From: an uncultured delta proteobacterium | GTDB taxonomy: Bacteria; Desulfobacterota; Binatia; UBA9968 | Assembly (NCBI GenBank): GCA_963847445.1 | Contig: CAWJZV010000004.1 | Coordinates: forward strand, 96,001 to 160,000 | Direction of reading: 5' to 3' | DNA: 64,000 nt | Shown: piece by piece, positions 22,423-31,425 of the stretch | Layout: every line of letters starts with the position of its first letter | How positions within the stretch are numbered: the stretch's first letter is position 1 | Translations under genes and position numbers: made by a program | Notes under the pieces: model-generated | Seen by the model: the letters and a program-made list of their open reading frames with translations, nothing else | Told to the model about the DNA's origin: nothing | The model's database searches: none

Positions 22423-23645
22423 TGAAGCACAGTAGCGACCGTATTCTCACCACCCACACCGGCAGCCTGCCGCTGCCGCCGCTGGTGCGCCAAGCCCTCG
22501 CAGCCAAGCGCCGCGGCGAGGCGTACGATCAGGCCGCGATCGACGCCACGCTGACAACCGCCATCGGCGACGTGGTCCGGCGCCAAATCGAAGTCGGCAT
22601 CGACATCGTCGACGACGGCGAGCTCAGCAAGACTGCGTGGAATGATTATGTCGTGCACCGGGTCAGCGGCCTGGAAAGAAAACCGCGCTCGCGCGCCCGG
22701 AGCGCTGAACCTTGGAGCGTTGCCCAAGGCATCGTCCGGCCGCGCGATACTGGGCTGGTCAGACGCGACCTCGAAGGCGCGCCGCGCCACTATCGCACTG
22801 ACATCGCCGAGTTTCATGACCTGGCGCGCGCCCAGAGCGACGGCCATGACAACGGCGGCATGGCTTATGTCTGTACCGGTCCCATCGGCTGGAAGGATTT
22901 CGCCGCGGTGGAAACCGACATTTCTCGATTGGCCGCGGCAGCAGCGACGGCGCAACCCCACGACGTCTTCATGTCGGCGCTTTCGCCCGGCTGTTTCGTG
23001 CGCTTTTTCCGCAACGAATACTATCCCAACGAAGAGCGCTACATGCAGGCGGTCGCCGATGCCATGCGCCTAGAGTACCAGGCCATCGTCGACGCGGGTT
23101 TCATCCTGCAACTCGACTGCCCGGACTTGGCGTCCGGCGCCAACACGGACTACGCCGGCCTGAGCGTCAAGCAATTTCGTAAAGTCATCGAACGCCATGT
23201 CGAGTGCCTCAACTATGCCCTCAAGACAATTCCGCGCGACCAAGTGCGCATCCATGTCTGCTGGGGCAACTACGCAGGACCGCACCACCGCGACATCGCG
23301 CTCCGCGACGTCATCGATATCGTGCTCAAAGCCAACGCCACCGGCATCACCCTCGAATCGGCCAACCCGCGCCATGGCCATGAATGGAAGATCTGGCAAG
23401 AAACTAAATTGCCAGAGGGAAAGATTCTTTTCCCCGGCGTGATCGACGACATCAGCTATTTCATCGAACATCCCGAATTGGTCGCCGAGCGCATCGTTCG
23501 CTTCGCCAAACTGGTCGGCAAAGAGAATGTCATTGCCTGCACCGATTGCGGCTTGCGCCATCTCCCCGATGCCAGTCTGGCTTTCGCTAAACTTTATGCG
23601 TTGTCCGAAGGAGCAAGGCTGGCGAGCCAGGAACTATGGGGCTAG
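22422..23645 (+). CDS. Cobalamin-independent methionine synthase II-like / epoxyalkane:CoM transferase-like Zn enzyme
   Basis: ILTTHTGSLP, DIVDDGE, LQLDCPD, IHVCWGN, ANPRH.HE, PGVID, IEHPELVAERI, TDCG; TAATG coupling to the MFS gene. Confidence 0.88.
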   Translation: MKHSSDRILTTHTGSLPLPPLVRQALAAKRRGEAYDQAAIDATLTTAIGDVVRRQIEVGIDIVDDGELSKTAWNDYVVHRVSGLERKPRSRARSAEPWSVAQGIVRPRDTGLVRRDLEGAPRHYRTDIAEFHDLARAQSDGHDNGGMAYVCTGPIGWKDFAAVETDISRLAAAAATAQPHDVFMSALSPGCFVRFFRNEYYPNEERYMQAVADAMRLEYQAIVDAGFILQLDCPDLASGANTDYAGLSVKQFRKVIERHVECLNYALKTIPRDQVRIHVCWGNYAGPHHRDIALRDVIDIVLKANATGITLESANPRHGHEWKIWQETKLPEGKILFPGVIDDISYFIEHPELVAERIVRFAKLVGKENVIACTDCGLRHLPDASLAFAKLYALSEGARLASQELWG

Positions 23646-23733
23646 CAATGGCCTTGCTCCACGCGCTCTCTCCGACAATAAGCTGGTAGAGAGTCCGCGC
23701 TGCTGGTCTGCATCATGCACTGGAGGGTCGACG

Positions 23734-23940
23734 ATGAAGTGGAGAAGGTTCTTGCGCCGCCTTGCGCTTGCACTGTCGTTTTCCGCGGTCTTCAATGGCG
23801 CTATTTACGCTCAGGTTCCGTTTTATCAAGGCAGGACGATCACCGTGATCGTCAGCAGCGATGCCGGCGGCACCAGCGAAGACGCCATCAATAAGTATCG
23901 CCGACCGGCCATGGAGGTTGCCCGTCAGTTGATCCACTAG
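23734..23940 (+). pseudogene. Truncated Bug/TctC-type binding protein
   Basis: GGAGG RBS, signal peptide, FYQGRTITVIVSSDAGGT (compare FYRGKTIRVIVGFAAGGG at 46857), then an unrelated 21 aa and a stop. Confidence 0.75.
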
Positions 23941-24003
23941 GCGGCACTGACGGTCGAGGCCGGCGCGCATCCTGAAAGGCCAAACTCGATCAGCGCCGCT
24001 GCT

Positions 24004-25224
24004 TTACGCTGTCGTCAACTTCAGATGCGCGAAACGCTCGCGCCAGTGAATGCTTGCCGGGATAGTTTGCGCAAACGTATCGATGTGCGGAAAGCGATTG
24101 CGCGCCGGGTCGCGCACGATGTGCGGCGGCTCTTTACCGGCCTGAAACTCTTTGACCGCGTTGATGAGGTATTTGCGCACGGCGATCACCGCCTTGTCGC
24201 TCACCCCCAAATGCTCGCGCGAGCGATCGTAGATCGGCCCCATGGTTTCGGTGGCGCAGCCGTCGTGATTGAGAAAGTTTTCGATGCCGGTGTAATTCAC
24301 CGTCGCCTGGACTTGGCGGTCTTGCAGATAGTTATTCTGGAGGTTGCGGATTTTGCGGTAGTCGGGGCCGATTTGAGTTTTACGATTCCAGTCTTCGACG
24401 GTCGGCTTGCGGTCCTGGAGAAAGCCCAGATCGTAGCGCCATGCGTGCTCGTCATCGACCGGCACATAAATATGCGTCTCGCGGTTGCGCGCCGGCACCC
24501 AGCAGGCGATCGGCATGACGAAGCTCGACACCCGCACGTACTGGCTGTCGGGTCCGGCATTGCGCGTCGCGATCAAGCGCACGCCGAAGTCGGTCTCCTC
24601 GGTTTCATAGGCCGGCGCCGAATCTAAGGCGAATAACTGGCGCCGGCCCGTGGCGCTGAACTCACGGTGCAAGAACGACAGGTGCGACGAATCGCATTCG
24701 CCTTCGAGCCCCTGCAAGTAGTTGCAGTCCATCAGAGCTTTGGTGACGTAAGTCTGATCCTTGGGCAGTTGCGCCCATTCGTAGTTCGGCAACAGCGGCA
24801 TCTTGTCGCGCGGCCCCAGGTAGGCAAAGACGATTCCCGCCGCTTCCATTGTCGGGTAGGCGACATGCTTAAGCTTGGTCTTGAAATCGCTGCCGGCCGG
24901 TTCCGCCGGTGTGTCGAGCACGTTACCGTCCATGTCGTATTTCCAGCCGTGGTAAATGCACCGCAGGCCGCATTCCTCGTTGCGCCCGAAAAACAGCGAG
25001 GTGCCGCGATGCAAGCAGTGCTCTGCCAACAACCCCACCCGTCCCCGGCTGTCGCGGAACGCGACCAGCTTCTCGCTTAGGATGGGCACCCGCACCGGCG
25101 GACAGTCAGGTTCCGGAATCTCCTCGGATAACAACGCCGGAATCCAATAGCGCCGCATGAGATCTCCCATCGGAGTCCCCGCCGCGGTCCTGGTCAAAAG
25201 CTCGTTGTGTTCTTGAGGAAGCAT
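24004..25224 (-). CDS. Rieske oxygenase alpha subunit (phthalate 4,5-dioxygenase/LigX-like)
   Basis: TPMGDLMRRYWIP, CLHRG and CIYHGWKYD Rieske ligands, DSSHLSFLH mononuclear Fe motif, EHLG.SD. Confidence 0.92.
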   Translation of the reverse strand: MLPQEHNELLTRTAAGTPMGDLMRRYWIPALLSEEIPEPDCPPVRVPILSEKLVAFRDSRGRVGLLAEHCLHRGTSLFFGRNEECGLRCIYHGWKYDMDGNVLDTPAEPAGSDFKTKLKHVAYPTMEAAGIVFAYLGPRDKMPLLPNYEWAQLPKDQTYVTKALMDCNYLQGLEGECDSSHLSFLHREFSATGRRQLFALDSAPAYETEETDFGVRLIATRNAGPDSQYVRVSSFVMPIACWVPARNRETHIYVPVDDEHAWRYDLGFLQDRKPTVEDWNRKTQIGPDYRKIRNLQNNYLQDRQVQATVNYTGIENFLNHDGCATETMGPIYDRSREHLGVSDKAVIAVRKYLINAVKEFQAGKEPPHIVRDPARNRFPHIDTFAQTIPASIHWRERFAHLKLTTA

Positions 25225-25444
25225 TTCACTTTCACCTCTGCCGCGCAGAATACTCATTCAGACCGCGGTTCCAAGAGTCGGCAGGCATGGACAGAGGCAA
25301 GGACATTGATGCAGGGGTAGCTTACTCGCTTGCGAATGATTGACTCATATAAAGAATTTTGGCGTTTTTCGACGATAAGGCCTTCGCCATCAAGCTAGAA
25401 ATGAAAGTTGCCGAGAAGGTGAATCAGCAAGTCATGAAACGGAG

Positions 25445-25513
25445 TTAGCTCAGAAGATGCCCATTCTCGTTGACGAAGCGCTTGATCAGCGCGCTCGTGT
25501 CGAGATAATTCAC
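25445..25513 (-). pseudogene. vapC: Truncated VapC (PIN) toxin, 22 codons
   Basis: GTGA overlap with the antitoxin stop; MNYLDTSALIKRFVNE.G is a PIN N-terminus; stop follows immediately. Confidence 0.78.
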
Positions 25514-25791
25514 CGGCGTTCGTCCAGGATTACCTTGGACACCGGCTTACCGGACGCGTTTACCAGGCGCACACGCTTCAATGGCTTCCGAGTTGGCAAA
25601 ATCACCGCACCGCGCGCGGCCAGACCGGCGAGTTTACCTTCAAGGCTCATGGCCTTCGCAGTTCCGTTAATCGGATGGAGCAAAGCAATCGGCGCCCCCC
25701 GGTCCGTAACAATAATTTCTTCGCCAAGCTTAGTCCGCCGAAGATAGTGGGTAAGACGATTTTTGAGTTCCTTCACGCCAACGGTGCTCAT
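25510..25791 (-). CDS. Phd/YefM family antitoxin
   Basis: MSTVGVKELKNRLTHYLRR...GEEIIVTDRG.PIA.L.P. Confidence 0.9.
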   Translation of the reverse strand: MSTVGVKELKNRLTHYLRRTKLGEEIIVTDRGAPIALLHPINGTAKAMSLEGKLAGLAARGAVILPTRKPLKRVRLVNASGKPVSKVILDERR

Positions 25792-25807
25792 AACAAAATT
25801 TCCCTCG

Positions 25808-25840
25808 TAGCCACCGTAGCTACTTGGCCGGGGTTGTCAA
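25808..25840 (-). promoter_or_regulatory. TA promoter with palindromic operator
   Basis: TTGACA-N16-TACGGT on the minus strand; inverted repeat GTAGC-N7-GCTAC over the -10 region. Confidence 0.55.
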
Positions 25841-25856
25841 GTTTAGAGTCGACCGT

Positions 25857-26037
25857 CTTTCTCGGGACTCATCTCGACAGATTCCTTTCGCCCCGCTTGT
25901 GATTACAGCACCAACCGCTGGGGCATCCTTAACCCTTCTATTTTCTCGACGGAACGGTATTTGTCATCAATCCGATCGTCATGGCGAAATGGAGAAAAAG
26001 CAATCAGTCAACAGCGACAGCGGAAGCGCTGGCGTAA
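25857..26037 (+). pseudogene. Decayed 3' fragment of an MFS gene similar to 21178-22422
   Basis: accgctggggcatccttaacccttctattttctcgacggaacggtatttgtcatcaatccgatcgtcatggcg aligns by eye with accgctggggcatcttgagcgccttctattttctcgccggcacggtgttcgtcgccaatctcatcgtcatggcg (about 22297-22371). Confidence 0.8.
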
Positions 26038-26158
26038 GCATCGTTGGGAAATCGGCCTCCGGGCGAGTGGGCCCTGCAAAGCAATTGCGTTGTCCAAGAC
26101 TCTTGCTCATAACTTGCTAAAGATTTAAACCTCAATACGTTAAAAGGAGGATATTCCG

Positions 26159-26551
26159 ATGGCAAAGACCACACTCAATCCCGATGGACTGCCGGTGCCG
26201 CGTGGGAGTTATTCGCTGGTCAACATTGCCCAGCCGGGCCGGATGGTATTCATCGCCGGGCAGACGGCTTCGGATCATGAGGGCAAGGTCGTCGGCGCCG
26301 GTGATGCACGGGCACAGACGCGTTTCATATTGGGCAAGATTCAACGCGCCGTCGAAGCCGCCGGCGGAACCATGAACGATGTCGTTGCGCTCAACGTCTT
26401 CACCACGGATGTGCGTAATCACCGCGACGTCAACGAAACGCGGCGTGAAGTCTTGGGATCAAACTTCCCTACCAGCACGATGGTGCAGGTGGTGGCATTA
26501 GCGCGACCCGAGCTGCTGCTGGAGATCAATGCGATCGCGGTTATTCCCTGA
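26159..26551 (+). CDS. RidA/YjgF family protein
   Basis: YS, VFIAGQ, QTR..L..I..AVEAAGG, PTST.VQV.AL....LLEI.AIA; AGGAGG RBS. Confidence 0.92.
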   Translation: MAKTTLNPDGLPVPRGSYSLVNIAQPGRMVFIAGQTASDHEGKVVGAGDARAQTRFILGKIQRAVEAAGGTMNDVVALNVFTTDVRNHRDVNETRREVLGSNFPTSTMVQVVALARPELLLEINAIAVIP

Positions 26552-26744
26552 AGGCAATTGGGATAAATGGCCGGACGGTTGGTTTTGCCCGACGGTTGAA
26601 GCGATCTGTGCCTTGCGCGAATTGAATAGTAAAGCGTCCCTTTACAATACAAACCGAGCAATTTTATCGAAGTCTTGCATCTGGATTAGACGACCAGGCT
26701 ACTCATAGATTATCCCTGACTGCCCAGCCTGAAAAGAGCAATCC

Positions 26745-27005
26745 ATGCCGATCGTTTCGACGTTTTTTGGAATCATTGTTCGGATGTATTTCGGCGATCA
26801 TAATCCTCCACACTTTCATGTAGAGTTTCAGGGAGAGAAGGCCACGTTCAGGTTTGACGGACAACTCCTGGCTGGAAGTCTTTCGTCCGCGACGGCGCGG
26901 AAACTAGTCCGTGACTGGGCTCGTCGTCACAGACTCGAGCTTATGATAAATTGGCGGAACATTGAGAATGGACGCCCGATCAATCGAATCAAGCCCCTGG
27001 AGTAG
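26745..27005 (+). CDS. DUF4160 protein (putative TA component)
   Basis: MPIVSTFFGIIVRMY..DHNPPHFH...ELM.NW. Confidence 0.9.
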   Translation: MPIVSTFFGIIVRMYFGDHNPPHFHVEFQGEKATFRFDGQLLAGSLSSATARKLVRDWARRHRLELMINWRNIENGRPINRIKPLE

Positions 27006-27008
27006 TAT

Positions 27009-27302
27009 ATGAGTTACTTGCCTCAAGTTGTCGGCGCACGCTATGTCAGCAGATTTATTGTTTCGACTCGTTTTGATGACGGCACGGAGAAGCACATCGA
27101 TGTTTCTCAATGGTTCAAAGGGCCGGTCTTTGAACCGCTCAAGGATCCGAAACTTTTCAAGAAATTCTTCATCGAAGCAGGAACACTGGCTTGGCCGAAT
27201 GGTGTCGACATAGCGCCTGAAGCCTTGTATGCCGCGCGTGACTCAAAGAAGACGCAAAACAAAGCGATCGCTCGAACTCGGAAAACCCGTCGCTCATCCT
27301 GA
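27009..27302 (+). CDS. DUF2442 protein (putative TA component)
   Basis: FDDG, GPVFEPLKD...F, TLAWPNGVDIAPEALY. Confidence 0.9.
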   Translation: MSYLPQVVGARYVSRFIVSTRFDDGTEKHIDVSQWFKGPVFEPLKDPKLFKKFFIEAGTLAWPNGVDIAPEALYAARDSKKTQNKAIARTRKTRRSS

Positions 27303-27317
27303 CGGCGGGTGTTAAAG
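27254..27317 (+). mobile_element. Degenerate attC-like site
   Basis: ...caaAAC aaagcgatcgctcgaactcggaaaacccgtcgctc...ggt GTTAAAG; about 64 bp, AAC...GTT ends, overlapping the gene's 3' end. Confidence 0.35.
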
Positions 27318-27356
27318 CTCGCGTATTGGAATACATACAAAAAGGAGGAACTCACA

Positions 27357-27935
27357 ATGGCACAATCGATTTCCATACATCCAGCGGTGGACCAGGGCGT
27401 GAAACCCGCGGCGGCGAACTTCGCCGGCGGCACTCTACTCTGTCGCTGCGCCGACAAGAAAGTCGCGGTCTCGATCAAAGGCCAATGCGCCCACAACCAC
27501 GTCTGCGGCTGCACCAAGTGCTGGAAACCGGCCGGCGCGCTATTCTCTCAAGTCGCCGTCGTCAGCCGCGATAATCTCGCGGTCACCGCCAATGGCGACA
27601 AGCTGAAAGTCGTCGATGCCAATGCCGCGATCAAACGCCACGCGTGCAGCGGCTGCGGCGTGCATATGTACGGCCGCATCGACAATACCAAGCATCCCTT
27701 CTACGGCTTCGACTTCTTCCACACCGAGCTATCGTCGGAGTCCGGTTGGGCACCGCCGGAATTCGCCGCCTTTGTCTCCTCGATCATCGAGTCCGGCTAC
27801 GACCCCGCCAACATGGGCGCAGTGCGAGCAAGACTGAAAGAGTTGAAGTTGGAACCGTACGACTGCTTGTCACCGGCCCTGATGGACGCCATCGCCACGC
27901 ATGCGGCGAAAGCCGCCGGGGCGCTCAAGGGTTAA
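27357..27935 (+). CDS. gfa: S-(hydroxymethyl)glutathione synthase (glutathione-dependent formaldehyde-activating enzyme)
   Basis: [55 protein letters not shown]. Confidence 0.96.
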   Translation: MAQSISIHPAVDQGVKPAAANFAGGTLLCRCADKKVAVSIKGQCAHNHVCGCTKCWKPAGALFSQVAVVSRDNLAVTANGDKLKVVDANAAIKRHACSGCGVHMYGRIDNTKHPFYGFDFFHTELSSESGWAPPEFAAFVSSIIESGYDPANMGAVRARLKELKLEPYDCLSPALMDAIATHAAKAAGALKG

Positions 27936-27961
27936 TTGCGGCAACGCCACGCAGCAGCTAC

Positions 27962-28615
27962 ATGGCAAATCGAAAAGTTCGGACGGTAATCGCTCAGCCG
28001 CCGATAGGAGACTCCGCGCAGATCAGCCAATTCCGGCCGCATCCGTGGCACGGCCTACCCGCCGGCCCGGAACCGCCGGAACTCCTCAACGCCTATATCG
28101 AGATCACGCCCTTCGACCTGATGAAATATGAGATCGATAAGGTTTCCGGTTATCTCCGAGTCGACCGGCCGCAACGCACCTCGGCGCAACCGCCGACGCT
28201 CTACGGATTCATTCCCCGAACCTACTGCCACGAGAACGTGCGGCGGCTCGCGCCTGGATCGACACGCGGCGATGGCGATCCGTTGGATGTGTGCGTGCTC
28301 AGCGAGCGGACCATCGCGCGCAACGAAATCATCGTCCGCTGCCGGGTCATCGGCGGTTTGCAGATGATCGACCACGGCGAGGCCGACGATAAGATCATCG
28401 CCGTCTTGGACAACGACTATGTCTGGGGCCAAGCCCGCAACATCGACGACGTCCCGGCGGTCTTCATTGAGCGACTTCAGCACTATTTCCTGACCTACAA
28501 GCTCGTGCCGGGAGAACGAGCCAAAGTGCGCATCGCGCAAACCTACGGCCGCAGTCACGCGCTTCGAGTGGTGCGCGCGGCGATGGCTGATTACCAAGCC
28601 AACTTCGTTCGATAA
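27962..28615 (+). CDS. ppa: Family I inorganic pyrophosphatase
   Basis: HPWH, KYEIDK.SG...[31 protein letters not shown]. Confidence 0.93.
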   Translation: MANRKVRTVIAQPPIGDSAQISQFRPHPWHGLPAGPEPPELLNAYIEITPFDLMKYEIDKVSGYLRVDRPQRTSAQPPTLYGFIPRTYCHENVRRLAPGSTRGDGDPLDVCVLSERTIARNEIIVRCRVIGGLQMIDHGEADDKIIAVLDNDYVWGQARNIDDVPAVFIERLQHYFLTYKLVPGERAKVRIAQTYGRSHALRVVRAAMADYQANFVR

Positions 28616-28698
28616 AACGCTCACCGTTGCCTTGCATTGACATCGGAAGACTTGCTTAGCTAAGCTTGCCCCAGTCAATTTCCCATGGGAGGCAGATT

Positions 28699-29670
28699 AT
28701 GAAAGCCATCCGCATTCACGAATTTGGCCAATCGGAAGATGTTCTTAAATACGAAGACGTTCCTGTCCCGGAACCCAAGGCCGGCGAGGTTTTGATCAAA
28801 GTCGAAGCGGCGTCGCTCAATCGCGCCGACTTGGGCTTGCGCAAAGGAACTTATCGAATTGCCGCCGACGCTCTGCCGGTAATTCCCGGTCGTGAGTTCG
28901 CCGGCAGGGTCACCAAACTCGGCGCTGGTGTCAGTGAATTCGCCGTGGGTCAACACGTCGTCGGCTATCCCAGTCTCGGCGGCTATGCCGAGTACGCCGT
29001 CGCAAAAGTCGCCGAAGTGCGGCCGGTGCCGGATGGCGTTACTGCCGCGCAGGCGGCGGCGCTGCCGACCGCTTCGCTCACGGCATGGTTCGGACTCAAA
29101 ACTGACGGCGCTTTGAAAGCCGGCGAGTGGCTGCTCGTCCAAGGCGGCAGCAGCGGCGTCGGCGTCGCGGCGATTCAGATCGCCAAGCATCTCGGCGCCA
29201 AAGTCATCGCCACCTCGGGCAGCGAAGTCAAATGCCGCAGATTGCGCCAGCTCGGCGCCGACGTAACCGTCGATGTGTCGGAAAATGATTTTCTAAGCGA
29301 AGTCATGCGGGTCACGGACAGCCGCGGCGTCGATGTCGTGCTCGAAATGATCGGCGGCGAAGTCTATCAGAAAAGCCTGCAAGCGTTGGCACCCGGTGGA
29401 CGGCTGTTTTCCATCGGCGGTGCCTTCGGCGCCGTTCCCGATCCACCGCCGGCCCTGACGGAAGGTAGAAAAGCAACGCGTTTTTCGATCACCAATTATT
29501 TGAAGACAAAACCGGACGACTACAAAGAGCTCGACGTCGTTCTAAAACTGGTCCAGGAGAAGAAGTTCGATGTCGGCATCGGCAAGACCTTTCCTTTAGC
29601 TGAAACCCGCGCCGCCCAGCGTTATCTGGAAGGACGCGAGCACTTCGGCAAAGTCATGTTGTCAATGTAG
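28699..29670 (+). CDS. NADPH:quinone oxidoreductase-like MDR enzyme
   Basis: MKAIRIHEFG, PG.EFAG, GGSSGVG, RGVDVVLE.IGG, HFGKV. Confidence 0.9.
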   Translation: MKAIRIHEFGQSEDVLKYEDVPVPEPKAGEVLIKVEAASLNRADLGLRKGTYRIAADALPVIPGREFAGRVTKLGAGVSEFAVGQHVVGYPSLGGYAEYAVAKVAEVRPVPDGVTAAQAAALPTASLTAWFGLKTDGALKAGEWLLVQGGSSGVGVAAIQIAKHLGAKVIATSGSEVKCRRLRQLGADVTVDVSENDFLSEVMRVTDSRGVDVVLEMIGGEVYQKSLQALAPGGRLFSIGGAFGAVPDPPPALTEGRKATRFSITNYLKTKPDDYKELDVVLKLVQEKKFDVGIGKTFPLAETRAAQRYLEGREHFGKVMLSM

Positions 29671-29676
29671 AAACGT

Positions 29677-29744
29677 ATGGAGTGATGGAGTATTGGATCG
29701 GATTCCGTCCCAACACTCCAGTACTCCATCAATCCAGTACTCCA
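29677..29744. repeat. Palindromic 8-bp tandem repeat element (TGGAGTRN / NYACTCCA)
   Basis: atggagtg atggagta ttgga ... ccaacact ccagtact ccatcaat ccagtact ccaa; same family as 42317. Confidence 0.85.
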
Positions 29745-29757
29745 AGGAGACCCCGCC

Positions 29758-30255
29758 ATGTCATTCAAAATCAAACGCGTCGGCCATTTAGTTTTGAAAG
29801 TGAAAAATCTTCAGCGCTCGCGCAAGTTCTTCACCGAAGTCTTGGGCTTTCCCCAGGTCGGCGAGAACGACCGTGGCATGCTCTTCTTCAGCACCGATGT
29901 GGTCGACAACCATCACATGCTCGCCCTGCGCGAAGCCAAGCCCGGCGCGGCGATGCCGGAACCCGAACAAATCGGCATGGAGCATGTGTCGTTTGAACTC
30001 GGCACTTTCGCCGAGCTGCAGGAAGCCTACCGCAAGTTCAAAGAGCATGATGTCAAAATCCGTATGACCGTCTTCCACGGCGTCGCCAAGAGCATTTACT
30101 TCTACGATCCCGACGGCAACCAGCTCGAAGTCTATTGCAACGTCCCGCCGGAAGAATACCGCAATTCCATATCCAACCCGTACTACAATTACGGCGGCAT
30201 CGAGGACGAACTCGACGGCAAAGTAGCGCAGCGTCCCGGCTCGGTCGTGCCGTGA
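29758..30255 (+). CDS. VOC (glyoxalase/extradiol dioxygenase fold) protein
   Basis: GHLVLKV.NL.RS.KF..EVLG, HH.LAL, EHVSF, SIYFYDPDGNQLE. Confidence 0.9.
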   Translation: MSFKIKRVGHLVLKVKNLQRSRKFFTEVLGFPQVGENDRGMLFFSTDVVDNHHMLALREAKPGAAMPEPEQIGMEHVSFELGTFAELQEAYRKFKEHDVKIRMTVFHGVAKSIYFYDPDGNQLEVYCNVPPEEYRNSISNPYYNYGGIEDELDGKVAQRPGSVVP

Positions 30256-30262
30256 GATGCCG

Positions 30263-30334
30263 TCAGGAGTAAAATAGTTAGGAGTAAGGGGTAGGTGACT
30301 CCTGACTCTCATGACTGACTCTGACTTCTGACTG
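30263..30334. repeat. Degenerate palindromic 7-bp repeat (TCAGGAG / CTGACTC)
   Basis: gtcaggagt..gttaggagt ... actcctgactc tcatgactgactc tgacttc tgactg. Confidence 0.65.
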
Positions 30335-30367
30335 GCCGCTTCTCCCGTCGTCTGCTAAAGTAGCCTA

Positions 30368-31423
30368 GTGAACGGTTCACCTGAAAAAGCCAAGAGCGCA
30401 CTCGCACAGCCACAGAATCCCGGCATAGACCTAGCCGCGCTGGACGATGACGCGTTGTTGCAGATGCGCATCTGCGATCTCAAGCTCAAAATCGCCGGCA
30501 GCGAGCTCGAATCGCGCATCGATAAATTCTACGCCGAGCTTAGCGCCCACGGCATCGCGGTTAAACCGCTCTGCTACTTGGGCGACGAGTGGTTTTGTCC
30601 GGATGGCTCGGCGACCATCGCGATCCCCTTCTACCTCGCCCATCCGCGCCTGAAGCGGCTCGAAGCCAAGATGATGCTGGAAGTGGAAGGCGACACCGAG
30701 GCCTGGTGTCTGCGTTTGCTGCGCCACGAAATGGGTCACGTGATAAACCACGCCTACCTGCTCAAAAAGGACAAACGCTGGCAAAAACTTTTCGGTCCGC
30801 CGTCATTGGAGTATTCCGAGAGCTATCGCGCGCGCCCGTACAGCAAGCGCTTCGTGCGCCATCTCGACGGCTACTACGCGCAGAGCCATCCTGAAGAGGA
30901 CTTCGCCGAAACATTTGCCATTTGGCTTACGCCCGAGCTCGATTGGCGCCAGCAATATCGCGACTGGAAAGCGCTGGAGAAATTGGAATATGTCGACAAG
31001 CTCATGCAGGAGCTCGCCGGCAAACCGCCGTTGGTGTTTTCGAAATCGAAAATCAGCGATGCCGCGCGCCTGCGCTCTCGGCTCGGAGCGCACTACCGGC
31101 GCCGCCGCCGGACCTACGCCCAGGAATTTCCCGATTTTTTTGACGGCGACTTGCGCAAACTATTCGTCGACTCCGCGGCGGCGCCGGAAAACGAGCGGGC
31201 CGCGACATTCTTGCGCCGTTCGAACAAACTCATTCTCAACGCCGTCTCCGCTTGGACCGGCGAGCCCAAGTTCACTATCAGCCGTCTGCTGCGCGGCCTG
31301 ACTGAACGCTGCGCCGAACTCGACCTGCGGTTAAAGTCGCAATCCACCGCGGTCGAGGTCGCCGCCTATTTAGCAACCCTGGCGTCACACTACCGGCTCA
31401 CGGGAAAATTTAAGGACACCTAG
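30368..31423 (+). CDS. Putative zinc-binding metallopeptidase (Peptidase_Mx-like)
   Basis: DEWFCPDG, IAIPFYLAHPRL, LRHEMGH (HExxH), YAQSHPEEDFAETFA.W. Confidence 0.85.
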   Translation: MNGSPEKAKSALAQPQNPGIDLAALDDDALLQMRICDLKLKIAGSELESRIDKFYAELSAHGIAVKPLCYLGDEWFCPDGSATIAIPFYLAHPRLKRLEAKMMLEVEGDTEAWCLRLLRHEMGHVINHAYLLKKDKRWQKLFGPPSLEYSESYRARPYSKRFVRHLDGYYAQSHPEEDFAETFAIWLTPELDWRQQYRDWKALEKLEYVDKLMQELAGKPPLVFSKSKISDAARLRSRLGAHYRRRRRTYAQEFPDFFDGDLRKLFVDSAAAPENERAATFLRRSNKLILNAVSAWTGEPKFTISRLLRGLTERCAELDLRLKSQSTAVEVAAYLATLASHYRLTGKFKDT

Positions 31424-31425
31424 TC

